DNA from: Camelus dromedarius | Taxonomy: Eukaryota | Assembly (NCBI RefSeq): GCF_036321535.1 | Contig: NC_087447.1 | Location: forward strand, 43,154,001 to 43,218,000 | Direction of reading: 5' to 3' | DNA: 64,000 nt | Shown here: piece after piece, positions 11,796-24,188 of the stretch | Numbering within the stretch: position 1 is the first letter of the stretch | Layout: the number at the start of each line of letters is the position of its first letter | Notes under the pieces: model-generated | Seen by the model: only the letters and a program-made list of their open reading frames with translations | The model's database searches: none | Told to the model about the DNA's origin: nothing | Translations under genes and position numbers: made by a program

Positions 11796-14700
11796 GTAGG
11801 TGGCGGGCGGGGGTCCCAAAGCCCCGAACCCCCGCGGCCCCCGCCGCGGCGCGAGGGAACACACTCGCCGGAACACAGGCACACACTCACCAGGCTGTGC
11901 TGGGCTTGCCGGGCGGGCGGTCCGCAGGGGGCTTGGGGCCAGGGGTGGGGGGAGGGCCGAGTGGGACTCGGGTAGGGAGGTGAGTGAGTCCCGAGCTGCG
12001 CGTTCTCTGGCCGGGCCGAACCGAAAAGCGAACCGCGGGCGGGCGAGATGTGCTCCAGCCCTGTGATGCTCTGCGGGGCCGCGTGGAGGCTCTGGCTGCC
12101 CTCCGATCTCGGCGCAGTGGCGGTTCGCATAGAGCATTTCGTCTTTGCGGCTGCTCCTCTTACCGCAGCCATCACCCTCGCGCCGTCCGCGTAACCCGAG
12201 AGGCGCTGAGCGCCGAGCAAATCAGTGGCTTGGGGAGAATTGTACTCCAAAAAGACAGCGCTCGCCCGCCGGGGGATGCCTGGTAGGCGAGGGGAAAGCC
12301 GGCCGGCCCCTCGGGGAGACAGCTGCCCAAAAGCTCGGTGAGAAAAAGAGATGCCTTCTGGGCTGCCCACTGTCTCACTGTCTCCCTGTCTCCTGAGCTT
12401 GGAGGCGGGAGTTTGGCCCAGAGGGAGAAAGTGTCCCGCTACTGGCCAGTAGCACGCGTGCAGGAGCTGCGTGGACCTGCCCTGGTCAGGAGCCTCACTG
12501 CACTGAGAGGTCGGAGCAGAGCGGCCCTTGGTGGCTGGAAGGCACTAGTAGGTAGTGCCACACACCCCCAAAGCCTTCCTAACTGGGAATGCCTTGCAGT
12601 GATTGTCTTGGTGTGTGCAGGGGAGGCTGGAGAACGCAGCCCCCTTGTGGGTAAAACCAGTGGGTGTCCTGTGACCCAGGGGCAGCCCCCAGGGTCAGGA
12701 GAGTGGCGGTTCCCTGGCCCTTTCAGGCCCTCCTGCCCTGTAGCTGAGGGTTTCCTGGTTTGTTAGTGTTGCAGGGAGATGTGAGAATAATTGTTAGCAC
12801 CCGCGCAGCCACCTGTGTTCTACTGGTAACGAACTGAGCAGGTGGGTTTTCTGTGAGTCAGCGGGAATTCTCTTAGAGTGACGGCAGAGGCCATCTCCTG
12901 ACCTCTCCTAGTGAGTACTAGTAGTAGAGGTCTGTGCCGTCTGCCCTCCAGGTCAGTAGTGTTCCTGACACGGGCACTTGGGAGAATCTGAAGTTAAGTG
13001 ACTTGCTTAAGGTCACACAGGATGTTCACTTGGCTGCCACTGTGTGCTGATGGCCCCAGCCTCCCCACCACCTTCTGAGACCTCCAGCAGGGAAGGCCAT
13101 TTAAAGTATCTGGCCTGAGGGGTGGCATGTTGGGGAGCCCTGTGGCCAGTAAGCCCATTTCTCGGCATGTGTGTGGTAAGAGAGGAAATGCTTCTGGCCA
13201 AAAGAATCCATTTGCCAGGGTCTGGCTGGCATATGACAGCCATCTCCCACATGCTTTTCTCTCTTAATGGACACCTCCCCTGGAGCCCCACATGGGCCAT
13301 CAGACAGCTGGGCTGGTACAGTTGTGCATAGATTGAGAAGGAGAAGAAGGGGTCTGGGGTCAGGCCAGACAAGGAGGGAGGAGGCCTTGATTTAGCTCCT
13401 TTCTCCACTAACTCTGAGTTATCTTGGACCAGTCATGCCCATCTCTAGACTTCACTTTCCCTCTTGGTGAAATGAGAAGCCCATGAAGAGGGTCCTTCGT
13501 TGGTGTCCAGGGGTACTCTCACTATGAGGAGCATGTGGAAATCAGGGTATATCTTTGGCCGAGATTGTTTGGCATGCTTGGCTCCCCAGGCCCAAGCTGG
13601 AAATCCAGAAGACCCAGGCCCTATTACCTGGGTGGCCTCTGGCAGGGAGGATGGTCACCTGCTGACAAGATGACACCACCACTACCACCTCAGGCCTTGA
13701 AGCTAGCGCTCTGTGCAGGCACCCCAGAGTGCCTTGGGCTCTGTGATGCTAAACATTTTCAGATGAGCTCTGAATGGGAATGGATCCCTGGAGGTCAATC
13801 TAGCCAGTCTCCTGCCTCCAGCCTGCAGTGCACCTGAACCACCCTGGGCATGTGTTTCCCCTAGTCTTCACCAGCCCTACGAAGGAGAGCTCATGCTGCC
13901 CCATGGTCCCCAACCCTGTCCAGTCTAAATAGTATGATGCCCAGCACTGTTGATGTTGCTGAGCTCTGGGTCTCATCACAGCACAATTAAGGGCGCTGGC
14001 TGGGGCCCTGAGGAGCCATTTGATTCTTGTCCTGCCAAGCCTAGAGCTGTCTTCCAAAAGCAACCTTTCTGCTCATAAATCCACCCTCCACTCCCCATTA
14101 GAATCTAACATCTCCTGGTTCCAGGAAACCTTGGAGGTGGCACCTTCCGTTGGAGGAGGGAGAAAGGCTCTGGATCCACTCACCCTCCCCTCCAGACCTG
14201 CTGCCTAATTTCTTCCTAGCAATTATGCCCTGCCAGCAGATGGCTGTCTGGGCTGGGTGGCAGCATTGGTCCCCGGGGCCCCCAAGGAGTGTGTTCCTCG
14301 GGGCTGTGGACTGCACCCTTTGTCTGGCTGCAGCAGGGACTCAGGCTCCTATTAACCACCCCCAACGCCTTTTCTCCACCTGACAGCATCTTGTCGGAAG
14401 AGGCCGGGGCTCCTCTGGTTGAAGTCGGGTCCGCCAGCTGCCGAGGACCAAAGCTCCTGCTCTGCTGGGCTGCAGGGCTTTCATGTTGCACTTCTGAAAG
14501 ATAATAAAATATCAATCGCTTTGCTGTAGCAACGGGTTTAAGAGACTTTCTGAAGTATTGAATCGTCAGAAAAAAAAATTTTTTTTTTTTTTGCTTTTAA
14601 GCACAGTGCATTATTAATAAAGTAATCCATTAGGTCGAGCAGTGAAGGGCCACCACAGACAGGAAAGATCTGTTTTGCAAATGGTTAAACTTCGGGTTTT

Positions 14701-17700
14701 AAGATTAATTGCTTTCATTTGGATGCCTGCTCTTGGCCTAGCCAGCTCCACTTTACTGGAACTCAGGGTCCTGCCTTTTCTCCATGTGGTCGGGCCTGCC
14801 TGTCAGCAATGGGAGCCCAGCTCCAACTTTCCCCGAGAAATGGCCCTTCTTCCCCTGGCACCCGTGTTTGGCCTGGTATCGGGCTGTGGGCTTTCCGGGG
14901 AGGTTTTCAGTCCCAGGGGAGCAAGGAGAACTATAGCCCTGAGCCCTGAGAGTCAAATTAGCCCTCAGGCTGTTGGAGAAGAGGCTGTGAGCAGCGACAG
15001 GCAGCAGAAGGTCCAAGTGGCCCCACAGTCTTGGGGTTGTGAAGGATTGGGCAGAGAGGATGCTGCAGAAGAACAGGTCTGGGTGTAAGCTGCCTCTGCA
15101 AAGGCCTACCAGAATAGATGGGGTGACTGCAGGAAGCAGCAGGCAGGTTGTGGAACTTAGCACCAGACATAATTCCTAGGGCATTTTTAATAAGTAAAAA
15201 CACCTAAAGAGATTGGAGCTGGGCTGAGGAGGACCAGACAGTGCATCTTCAATTGTTAATGACTGCTGTGAGCACGGCCTCCACAGCTGACTTGGTTGAT
15301 CCAGGAGGGCAGGCTCTTGGCCCTGCTAGGGTACTGACAAGCAGGACCTCCTAGAATTTCCCACCATGCTCTACACCACAGAGGGTCCTGGGGGCGTCTC
15401 CCAGCAGAGTGGCCAGGACTTCCCCAGCCCCAGAGTGGAGGCGGAGAGTGGGCCCTGATGCTGTTCCATGCCGCAAACCCCCACCCATCGGCAGGAAGGT
15501 GGAGCCCAGTGGGCACTGCTGCCTGCTGAGGGCTGGTAAAGGCCTTGTGAGGCTGACAGGGTGGGGACCCAGGCCTGGTACACACGGGAGGACAAGGCGC
15601 CACAAAACCTGAGCAGCACATACAGCCATGTCCCCTTCCTGCCCAAACTTAACCAGGCAGGGAGCCTGGCAAGATGGGTCTAGCCCGCCCTCTCCCCGAG
15701 CTGGGGGTAAAGAAGCAGGTGCTTCTGTCTGTTCCCTGCTCTTCCATTCATCTGCCCATGAGGAGCACTAAGAGGGGACAGGGAAACAACATAAATTGGT
15801 CTGTCGTCCGGAATCCGTGTCTCACTAATGTACCCAGATTAACTCAACTGTAAATTGTCTCCTTGGATGGCAGTGTCTTGCTAAAAGTTTCCCATATGAT
15901 TCATGATTTGGATTGCTTTTAACGGCTATTGGCTAAGCAAGCCGGTGACTGTACAAGGTGATGCAATTGGCATTAGCAAGGGGAGGCACGGGAGCGTGTA
16001 ATGCAGTCAATACTGCATTAACTACTGATGCCCAATTACAGGGAGTGGGAGAGAGCCTTTCAGGAGCATTAGGACTAGGGGAAGCTGAGATCACTGGCCG
16101 CTGCACGCCTAAAAGCTTTCACCCTTTGCGTGCCGGGGCTCGGCGCTAGCGTGGCCAGTCGCTTGGCCTCTGTGGCCACAGGAACTGCCTTTCTCTCTCT
16201 CTCTCTCTATAAACATGTCCCACAGTGATGCTTTTAGCACATGGAAATGTGCATTTTCCTAGAACTGGGGCCTGCTTCTCATGTCTCCTGAGAATTGGTT
16301 TCCCACCTAACTCCAGGTCCCAGAGTCAGATGGAGCTGCTGCCCCACCCACTTCCATTTAAGGAACTGCTCAGCAGGCCCATTTGAGAGGAAGGACCAAG
16401 AGGAGGTCTATTTTGGTCTCTCTCCCTTGGAGCCGACAGATAATTGCCAGTGAGCATTGGCGGCTGACCCTCTGTGGTCGAAGGAGACATGAGGTTTGGC
16501 CTCAGCACAGTTGGGCTGCTGAAACTGGGAAGTGACCATGGCTGGATAGGCTGGGCCTTCTTTGAGCAGAAGACAGAGCTTGGGAGGACGATGGGGGAGT
16601 GACCCAAGCCAGGCTGGTGTTCTCAGCGAATGCAGGCCTCCTCCAGAGCTGCATCCTACACGGGCCAGAGATGCCCCTAGGTAGCCAAGAGGCCAAGGCT
16701 GTTGTTTGGGTCCATCTCCAGGGACCAGAGGATCTCCCAGGAATCCCCGAGTGGGGGTATTAAGAAGTTTGAAAGGAGTTATGGAAGAAGGTAGAAAAAG
16801 GGTCTGGGTACCCAGTGTGCCAGGTACCGTTGGACTGGCTGCCTCCTCTACCATCAAGCTAGGTATGCAGGTCCAATATGTCCACTGTAGTTCTGTGTTT
16901 TGTGCGCACACAACATTGTGGTTGCTTTACCTCAATACCCTTTCATCCCTACAGTGAGAACAACCACATCTAACTGGCTGGATTATTATTAGGATTAAAT
17001 GAGATAATGTCCATATATGCACTTGAAAACCAGGAAGCCTCATGGATGTCTGAAGTGACAGTGCTCTCTGTTCAGCTACAGAATGACCTGAAATACTCTC
17101 TGCCCAATTCAGTGCCTTGTTCACTGTCAGGCATTGGGCCCTCACCCTCTCTCTTCCAGTTTATCCACCATGGCCATCAATCACCACTGTCTAAGAAGCA
17201 GGCTGTACTCACTACTCACCTGTCCAGATCCCCAAGGTGAGTAGCATCGTGGGAAGAAGCTCCAGATTCACGCTTTGCAAGGCCATCCATTTATAAAGGC
17301 ACAGAGGAGGCTCAAAGCGGCCAAGAGAGTTGCCCACAGTTACATAGGGAGTTAGAGCCCAGAGCCTCAGCATCTTTCTGCATTCCATGGCCGCCTTCCA
17401 TTCCCTCTGCTCTGTCCCCAAGGCATGGTAAGGTTGGATGGTTGACGTCTCTGATGAGGAGAAACGTCAGCTGGACCAGGGCCATGTGCCTGGGCTTCCC
17501 ACTCCTGGCCCTACTGACAGCCCAGGGCACATGATTCTATTCTCAGATGTAGGTCCTCCTGGCAGGTGCTGATAGGGCTAACCTGGCCTGCGCCTTCATG
17601 GACTGGAGAAGCCCCAGAGGTGCATGTGGCATGTAGCCTATGCTGCCTGCCCGTCCTGCCTGAAGTTGAAGGACACTGAGGCACCCAGGACATCCTTCCA

Positions 17701-17769
17701 CCCTCAGGCTTAGCTTCATGGTGCTGCTAGAGTGAGTTTTCCTGGTAGGTATGTGCTCAAGAGAGGACT

Positions 17770-17950
17770 ACACCAGGAATGTCAACTTGTCCTGGCTTAC
17801 AAGAGCTGATTTTGCACATCTCTTCCCAACTCTGAGTTCAGTGACAGCACATCAGTAGCTTGACATCAGCCATGGTGGAAGTATTAACACCATGGAAATT
17901 GGCCAAAACTACAAATTGGGGTTGTTTCCCAGAGAGCCAGTCATTAGAGT
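17770..17950. mobile_element. Old hAT-Tip100-type DNA transposon fragment (ORSL-like)
   Basis: Recognised phrase: gcacatctcttcccaactctgagttcagtgac...gtagcttgacatcagccatggtggaagtattaacaccatggaaattggc. Confidence 0.55.
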
Positions 17951-17964
17951 CGTTTTCAAATCTG

Positions 17965-18330
17965 TCAGTAGTGTAGGCTGGACTTGGCTAAGTGATTTTT
18001 CAGGTCTCGGCTGGACTCACTCATGCCTGGCAGATGGCTGATCAACTGGATGCTGAGGGTGACATTACCATGTCCCTCATCATCTAGTAGGCTCTTCTGG
18101 CTTCTTCTCAGGGTGGAGACAGGTCCAGGAGAGAGAATGTATGCACACAAAGCTTCTTGAGGCCTAGGTTTGGCTCTGGGATGTTGTCACTTCTGCCACG
18201 TTCTGTCGGCCAAAATAAATCACACAGCCAGCCCAAGTTCAAGGGGTGGGGAAACAGATTCTACCCTTGAAAGGGGGGTGGTGGTGAAAAGTCACATGGC
18301 GAAGGGCATGGATAAGGGGAGGGGTAGAGA
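17965..18330 (-). mobile_element. MaLR LTR (MLT1-type) remnant
   Basis: MLT1 phrases: gtcacttctgccacgttctgtcggccaaaataaatcacacagccagcccaagttcaaggggtggggaaacagattctaccctt. Confidence 0.7.
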
Positions 18331-20346
18331 TGTAAGGCCACAGGCAGGTCTCACAGCTCACCACTCCAGAGCTGGGCTGTGAACCCAGGCTGTCTGACTG
18401 CTCTCCTTCCCTGTGCTCTGCCAGCTGCCTATTGTGGCTGGCAGACTCAGGGATAGGGGAGAAGGACACTCAGGGGAGTTCACGGGAGAAGGGTGGAGCC
18501 AGCAAGAGGATGACTGGGTAGGGGATGGAGACGGAGGCTTGCTGTTTGGGCAGTTTGTCAGGGGCTGCTGTTGGAGGATCCCTGGCCCGTTCCTCCATGA
18601 GCAAGCCCAGAGGGGGACTACAGTGAGGTCAGCCCCCGCTGCCTTCTCTGGCTTTTCCTCCGTCCTGCAAAGCATCCGAACAGTTGGAAGGGCGTGATGC
18701 TCCGTGGTTCCTGGAGCTGGCTGAAACCTGGGCACACATGCAGATGCAGCCAGGCAGGAATCAATTCATTGGTTAGCCCCTTGCCTCAAAACAGGGCGGG
18801 AAGTGGGCTGGTGAGAGGTCCGTGTACATTCATAAACCAGCTGATTGAAAAGCAATATTTCAGATAAATACAAGCCAGCGATCTATCAGTGGTTGTAATA
18901 AAACCCAGGCTTCAGGCTGTGATTTTATTTTGAAATAATAAGAATTGCTTGATTCTTTTTACTTGAGTTACCATGGTAATTCCAGCGTGGAGCAGTGTTA
19001 TATTGATTTAGAAAGTGGACAGTAATATTTCTTTTGTGTTATTCTGTTTCTAGGCCTTGATTTCTAATTTCCACTTGGAGATTACTTTTATAAATTTCTT
19101 AAGTCCTTCCACTTTTTTTCCTCTCACGGTATAATTTTCCTCTCATACGCTGCTATGTTCTGAGCTTATTGGTTTGCTTTTATTTTAAATTAAACTTGCT
19201 GGTTTCAAATATTGAAATGACATCTTTGTCTGTGTCTGTACTTTGGTTTAGCAAAATATTACAGTCTGACGCTTTCTGCTTAATAATTTAAGGGAGGCAT
19301 TCTGTCGGCCCTCACTGGGTGCTGATAACTTATGACTCAACCAGCGCAGGGCTTAAACTCCTGACATTTTAATATTGTGTGGCGGGAGTGGCCGCCCCTC
19401 TGCTCTGAGTCTCAGTGGAGAAAAATCTGTGTGGTACCCCAGAAGGGAGTTTTAATAATTCAACTTTGCCGTTTGGCATGATGACTTCACAGAGAAAGGG
19501 AGGGAGGCTGGTTCTTCTCAGATGAGTGGGAGCAGCTCTGATCTGGGCCCCTCTGGCCCCCACCAGCACCCGATCCATCCTGTCTCTCCTCTCCCCTGAA
19601 TCTTTAAAAGCTCCAGTTCCTGATCCCTTGGTGACAGACTGTCCGGGAAGGATTGTGGGGGTTTGGGGGCTGCCTATGGGTACCATAGTGAATGCTTGAA
19701 CTCTGTTTTTCAGTTTTTCCCATTTATAAAACAAGTGGAACTAGCATGGGCTTTGAGTCAGACTGACTGGGTTCAAGTCTCACCTCTGCCACTTAGTAAT
19801 TCTTGACAGTAATAGTAATTTTGACTGAATAGTACTTTGCACTATTCAGTAATGGTTCAGTAATTACTGAATAGTACTTCTAACTGGTAGAATGACCACC
19901 TTTTAGGTCTGTTGAGCCTTCACCCAGCACAGCTGTTGTCAATGGTCTTGGGAGATGACTGGTGTGGTTTCCCTATCCTTCCTAGGGTTTGGGGAGGAGC
20001 AGGGGAGAAAGTGGTTGTGGGTGTGCTTTGGAACATTTGTTCTGCTCCAGATATGCCTGGGGGTCAAAGAGCTCTGGGAGGACTGTTCTTTGGAGAGGAC
20101 CCAGGGCAATGGTGCCAGAAGGAGGTGGGTCAGCTCCGTCCACTTTCCTGGCCTGCCCAGCAGAGAGCAGGGGGCATGGCTGGGAAAAGCTAGAGGGTGG
20201 TCTCTGTCCTCTGACCTCTCCTTACAACATCACATAGCAAGAATAGGACTCCAGAAGGAAGCTAGGGACAACAGGGGTGGTGGGGCAGAGATCTCTGGTC
20301 AGAGGAAAGGTCCCTCCTGTCTTGTGTGGATATATCAGTGTGGTGG

Positions 20347-20910
20347 TGTATTAGTTATCTCTTGCTGCATAACAAATTATTTCACAATTTAGCAGCTTAA
20401 AACAACACCCATTTTTAAATCTCATAGTATCTGTGGGTCAGGAGTGCTGGTATGGCTTAACTGGGTCCTCTGCTCAGGGTTTCTTACAGATGATAATCAA
20501 GGCACTGGCCAGAGCTGTGGTCTCATCTCAAGATTCATTCGGGGGAATGGGCTTCCAAGCTCACTCATGTGGTTGTTGGAGGGATTCAGTCCTGCTGGAC
20601 TGAGGATCTCTTTTCCTCACTGAAGGCTGAACAGAGGCTGCCGTCAGTTCCGTGCCATGTGGGCTTCTCCAGTAAGGCAGCTTGCTTCCTTAAAGCTGTC
20701 AAGAGTGTCTGCCAGCAAGCAGGAAGTCTTTTAAAAGATGTGGCACATCTAACCACAGATGTGACACTCCATCACTTTTGCTGTATTTTCTTACTTGGAA
20801 ACAAGTCTGTAGGTCCACCTCATACTCAGGGAAGTGGGGAGGATTACACAGGGTGTGAATACCAGGAGACAGAGGACTGTTGGGCCACATCATAAGAACC
20901 AGCCTACTGT
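20347..20910 (-). mobile_element. MaLR LTR (MLT1F/E-like) solo LTR
   Basis: tgtattagttatctcttgctgcataacaaattatttcacaatttagcagcttaaaacaaca...ctgtgggtcaggag...ggcttaactgggtcctctgctcaggg. Confidence 0.8.
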
Positions 20911-23184
20911 GAGAGGTCAGCCTCTAGAACAGCATCTCGGGCTCCAGGTGTCCAATAGTTTAGCTGCCCCCAGAGAGAATGAATCACCTCCATCCCCGGG
21001 AGGCCCAGTGCCTCTGCTTCCTGCATCACCTCATACCAGGGAAGCCACAGATGTCTCAAAGCCTTTTATTTCATCTTCACAGTACCCTTGGGAAGCTGGA
21101 GATCAAACACTAGCCCCATTTTGCAAAGGAGTGGGTTATGCTCAGAGAGGGAAAGACACTTGTGTGGGATAGCCCAGCAATTTGGTATGTGACAGAGTTC
21201 AGATGAGAACCAGGCCTTTGCCTGCCATGAGCCTGTGGAGGAAGTGGTGATGAAGACACTCCCAGGCAGGCCCTCCTAGGACCTGGTGCTGAGAGGGGAT
21301 GGCACTAACTGTAAACAGACACAGGGAACAGAGCTGGAGGTGGGAATGGCTGGATGTCTTTTTTTGCAGATGGTAGGTTTGCCAAGGCTACTGGGAACTT
21401 GCAAAGCAGCCACCCATTACCTCAGGACCTCTCCTGTCACTCAGTGGTGACCATAACCTCGGTGGAGGTGAGAATGGTTTCTTCCTGATCCAGCCTCCCC
21501 ACAGCTGTTGGACTGAGGACCTCCACCCATCACCAGCTGTTGCCAGGCCAGGTGGGGCCACTGTCTCAGAGGCAACGTGGGCAGAGGCCACTTCAGTAGA
21601 TCCTTCCCTGGGAACATGGCTGAAGGAGGCTCTCCTATGGGCTGGAGCACAGCACCGGGATCCAGAACTCCTGCATCCTCAGCCTGACCCTGCCACCAGC
21701 TCACAGTATGTCCCTGAGCAGGCCTCTTCCCCTCTCTGGGTTTACATTTTCCCATTTATGCTTCACCGGTCACTGGCCATTTGATGCCTAGTGGTACTGT
21801 CCATGGAGACATGACCGTTGGTGGGGAATGGGGTGGGGTGAGGCCAAGGCCAGGAGAAAGAAACCACCCTGTTGATGTTTCTTTGTCTTTCTTTGGGCTC
21901 CTGGGGTCAGAAGTGGAGGTCCTAGGTGAGAGCATCTGTGGCCCCTGGCCCTCCACACTTGGTCTGGCCATATTTGAGTCCAGGTGGACACTCCCATCCC
22001 TGGCTATTCCCAAAGCAACTCGGATGCAGAGGGGACGCCTGTAGCAGGCCCAAAGCCTGGAGGCCAGTGGGCAAAAGTCACAGCCTCAGATCTGAGAGGA
22101 CCCTGGTCAATTACCTTCTTTTATTCAGGGTGGGGCAGGACTAAGTTCCAAGAAGCATCTACTTCCTCTCTTAGCAAAGTGTCTGAGATACTTTCTGAGT
22201 AGAAAAGTCTGGGGCCCAACAGAGGCTACATCCACCCTGGGGTGGGATTTCAGGGCTGAACCCTGTCTCTTTTTCTGTCAATCAGAGGCTGTCTCTTGCA
22301 GGCAGCTGCGAGGCATCTTGGGAGGGGCTGGGGCTCCAGGGGAGTAGAGGACAGTGAGCAGGATTACCTCGGGCACCAGGTCCTGACCTGGTACTTAGCC
22401 CAAGTGCAGAGCATGATGTTTTGACCTGCCTTTTTGCCCCTAGGATGTTTTCACACTGCTCTTTTGTCCTCAGAATGCTTTATCAGATCAGTACTAAAAT
22501 ATGCCTTCTACACGAGAATAACATCTCATTAGTATTATTGAAAATGTAAAGAAAAAAATGAGCCAGAAAAAAATTTACATTGGTTGAAATAATTAACACA
22601 AAGCAAAACTGGCAACAGCAAAGACCGCACCTGGCAAAATATGTTATTGACTAAAAATTGACAGAGGAATAAAGTCTTCCCGATAAAATTTAGATCCCCT
22701 GAAGTTGGCTCAGGAAATATTTTCTGGTAGAAACAATTACTACAAAAGAAATCTCAAGAACAACAAAAGCTTTAATTTGTAAGATTTGATTTGAGCCCAA
22801 AACTGATCATTAACAGAACAGTCACTTAAAAATTTAAAAATAATTGATGCTAATGAAAAATCATTCCAGTTAAGTAAAAATGGAGAAAGGAGAGGAAATA
22901 GTTTATCACTAGTGAATAGAAAATTGATCAAGGAATCAAACTGACTTAATGAAGCTTCTTAAGAACTACTTTCTTGATGAAAAATCACCAATGTTGATAT
23001 AATTTTTTATCAACATATAGGTGTTAGGGGCTAGCCCCTAGTAGTAGATGTTTAGTAAGTATTTGTGGAATGACCTGTGAACAAATGAGTTAACAGTCGA
23101 AGGAGGTCGGGAAGGGAGCAGAGAGAATCATAAGAATTCCTTTATCCGAGAGAGTGGACAGATTTCCATTTTACTAAGATCATT

Positions 23185-23920
23185 TGGACTACCCTGGAAT
23201 GTTTTCCAGCACCACCAAGCAATTCTCCAGTTCTCAGCAGTCCCTACTGGGTATCCTACAAACTTAACTCAATTCTAACACTGTACCCGGAGATAGCATA
23301 AGATCCCACAGGTTAAGAGCTCTGTCCCAAACACTGCCTCTACTTCAGACACCAATCACAGGTCCAGGTTGTCACCTGTGCTTCTGACCAACATGCTATA
23401 GAGTGGGCTCCCGCCACCCCCTCCTCGGGTGAGATAATTTGCTAGAATGCCTCCTAAAGCTCAGGGACATGTTTACTTACATTTGCCTGTTTACTACAAG
23501 GATGTGATAAAGGATACAGATGAACAGGTAGGTGTAGAGGTGTAGGGTGAGGTCTGGAAGATTCCCGAGCACAGGAGCGTCTGTCCCCATCAAACTGAGG
23601 TGCGCCACCCTCCCAGTACATGGATATGCTCAACAACCCAGAGCTCATCAAATCTTGTTCAAGACTTTGTATAGAGCTTAATCTCCAACCACCTTCCTGC
23701 CTTTTCTGGAGGTGAGTGAGTAGGGCAGAAAGTTCTAACCCTCTAAGCCCTTGGTCTTTCTGGTGACCAGCCCCATCTGGAGACCATCTAGGGGCTCCAC
23801 CCTAAGTTGCCTCATTAGCAGAAACTTAGAGGTGCTCAAAAGGGACTCCTTAGGAAATTCCTAGGGTTTTAGGAGCTCTGTGCCAGGAACCTGGGACAAA
23901 GACAAAATGTATTATTAGAC
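23185..23920. mobile_element. ERVL LTR (MER21-like)
   Basis: caccaagcaattctccagttctcagcag...caattctaacactgtacccggagatagcataagatcccacaggttaag...gttgtcacctgtgcttctgacc...ggaacctgggacaaagac. Confidence 0.7.
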
Positions 23921-24188
23921 ATCTAGTCTGTGGAGAATAACTGGTGGGGATAAAACAAGGGGCAGAAAAAACAGCCATGATGTAGAGGGGAAGGGTTCTT
24001 CCTTTTGAGCTTTATAGGGTGACCACTCCCTACCCCCTCCAGCCTCAGACTGCCCCCTGCTGCTTCCTGCCTTCCTGACGTTTCCTTCGTTTCAAGCTTG
24101 CAGTCTGGGCCTGTTGGAGGGGAAGAGAGGGAGTGTGCAGAAGGGGGGTTCAGATGATACAGGAAAATGGGGCACAAGAGGATGGCCA

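Larger units (their letters stand above)
11100..12330 (+). promoter_or_regulatory. LMO1: CpG island / proximal promoter (P2), 5'UTR and exon 1b of LMO1
   Basis: CpG-rich flanks surround an AT-rich 5'UTR-like block (11220-11670). Contains the exon 1b ATG and splice donor. Confidence 0.88.

Noticed and set aside
11635..12766. Long ORFs over the second CpG island (e.g. 235 aa on the minus strand)
   Set aside because: Same GC artefact; no recognisable domain.
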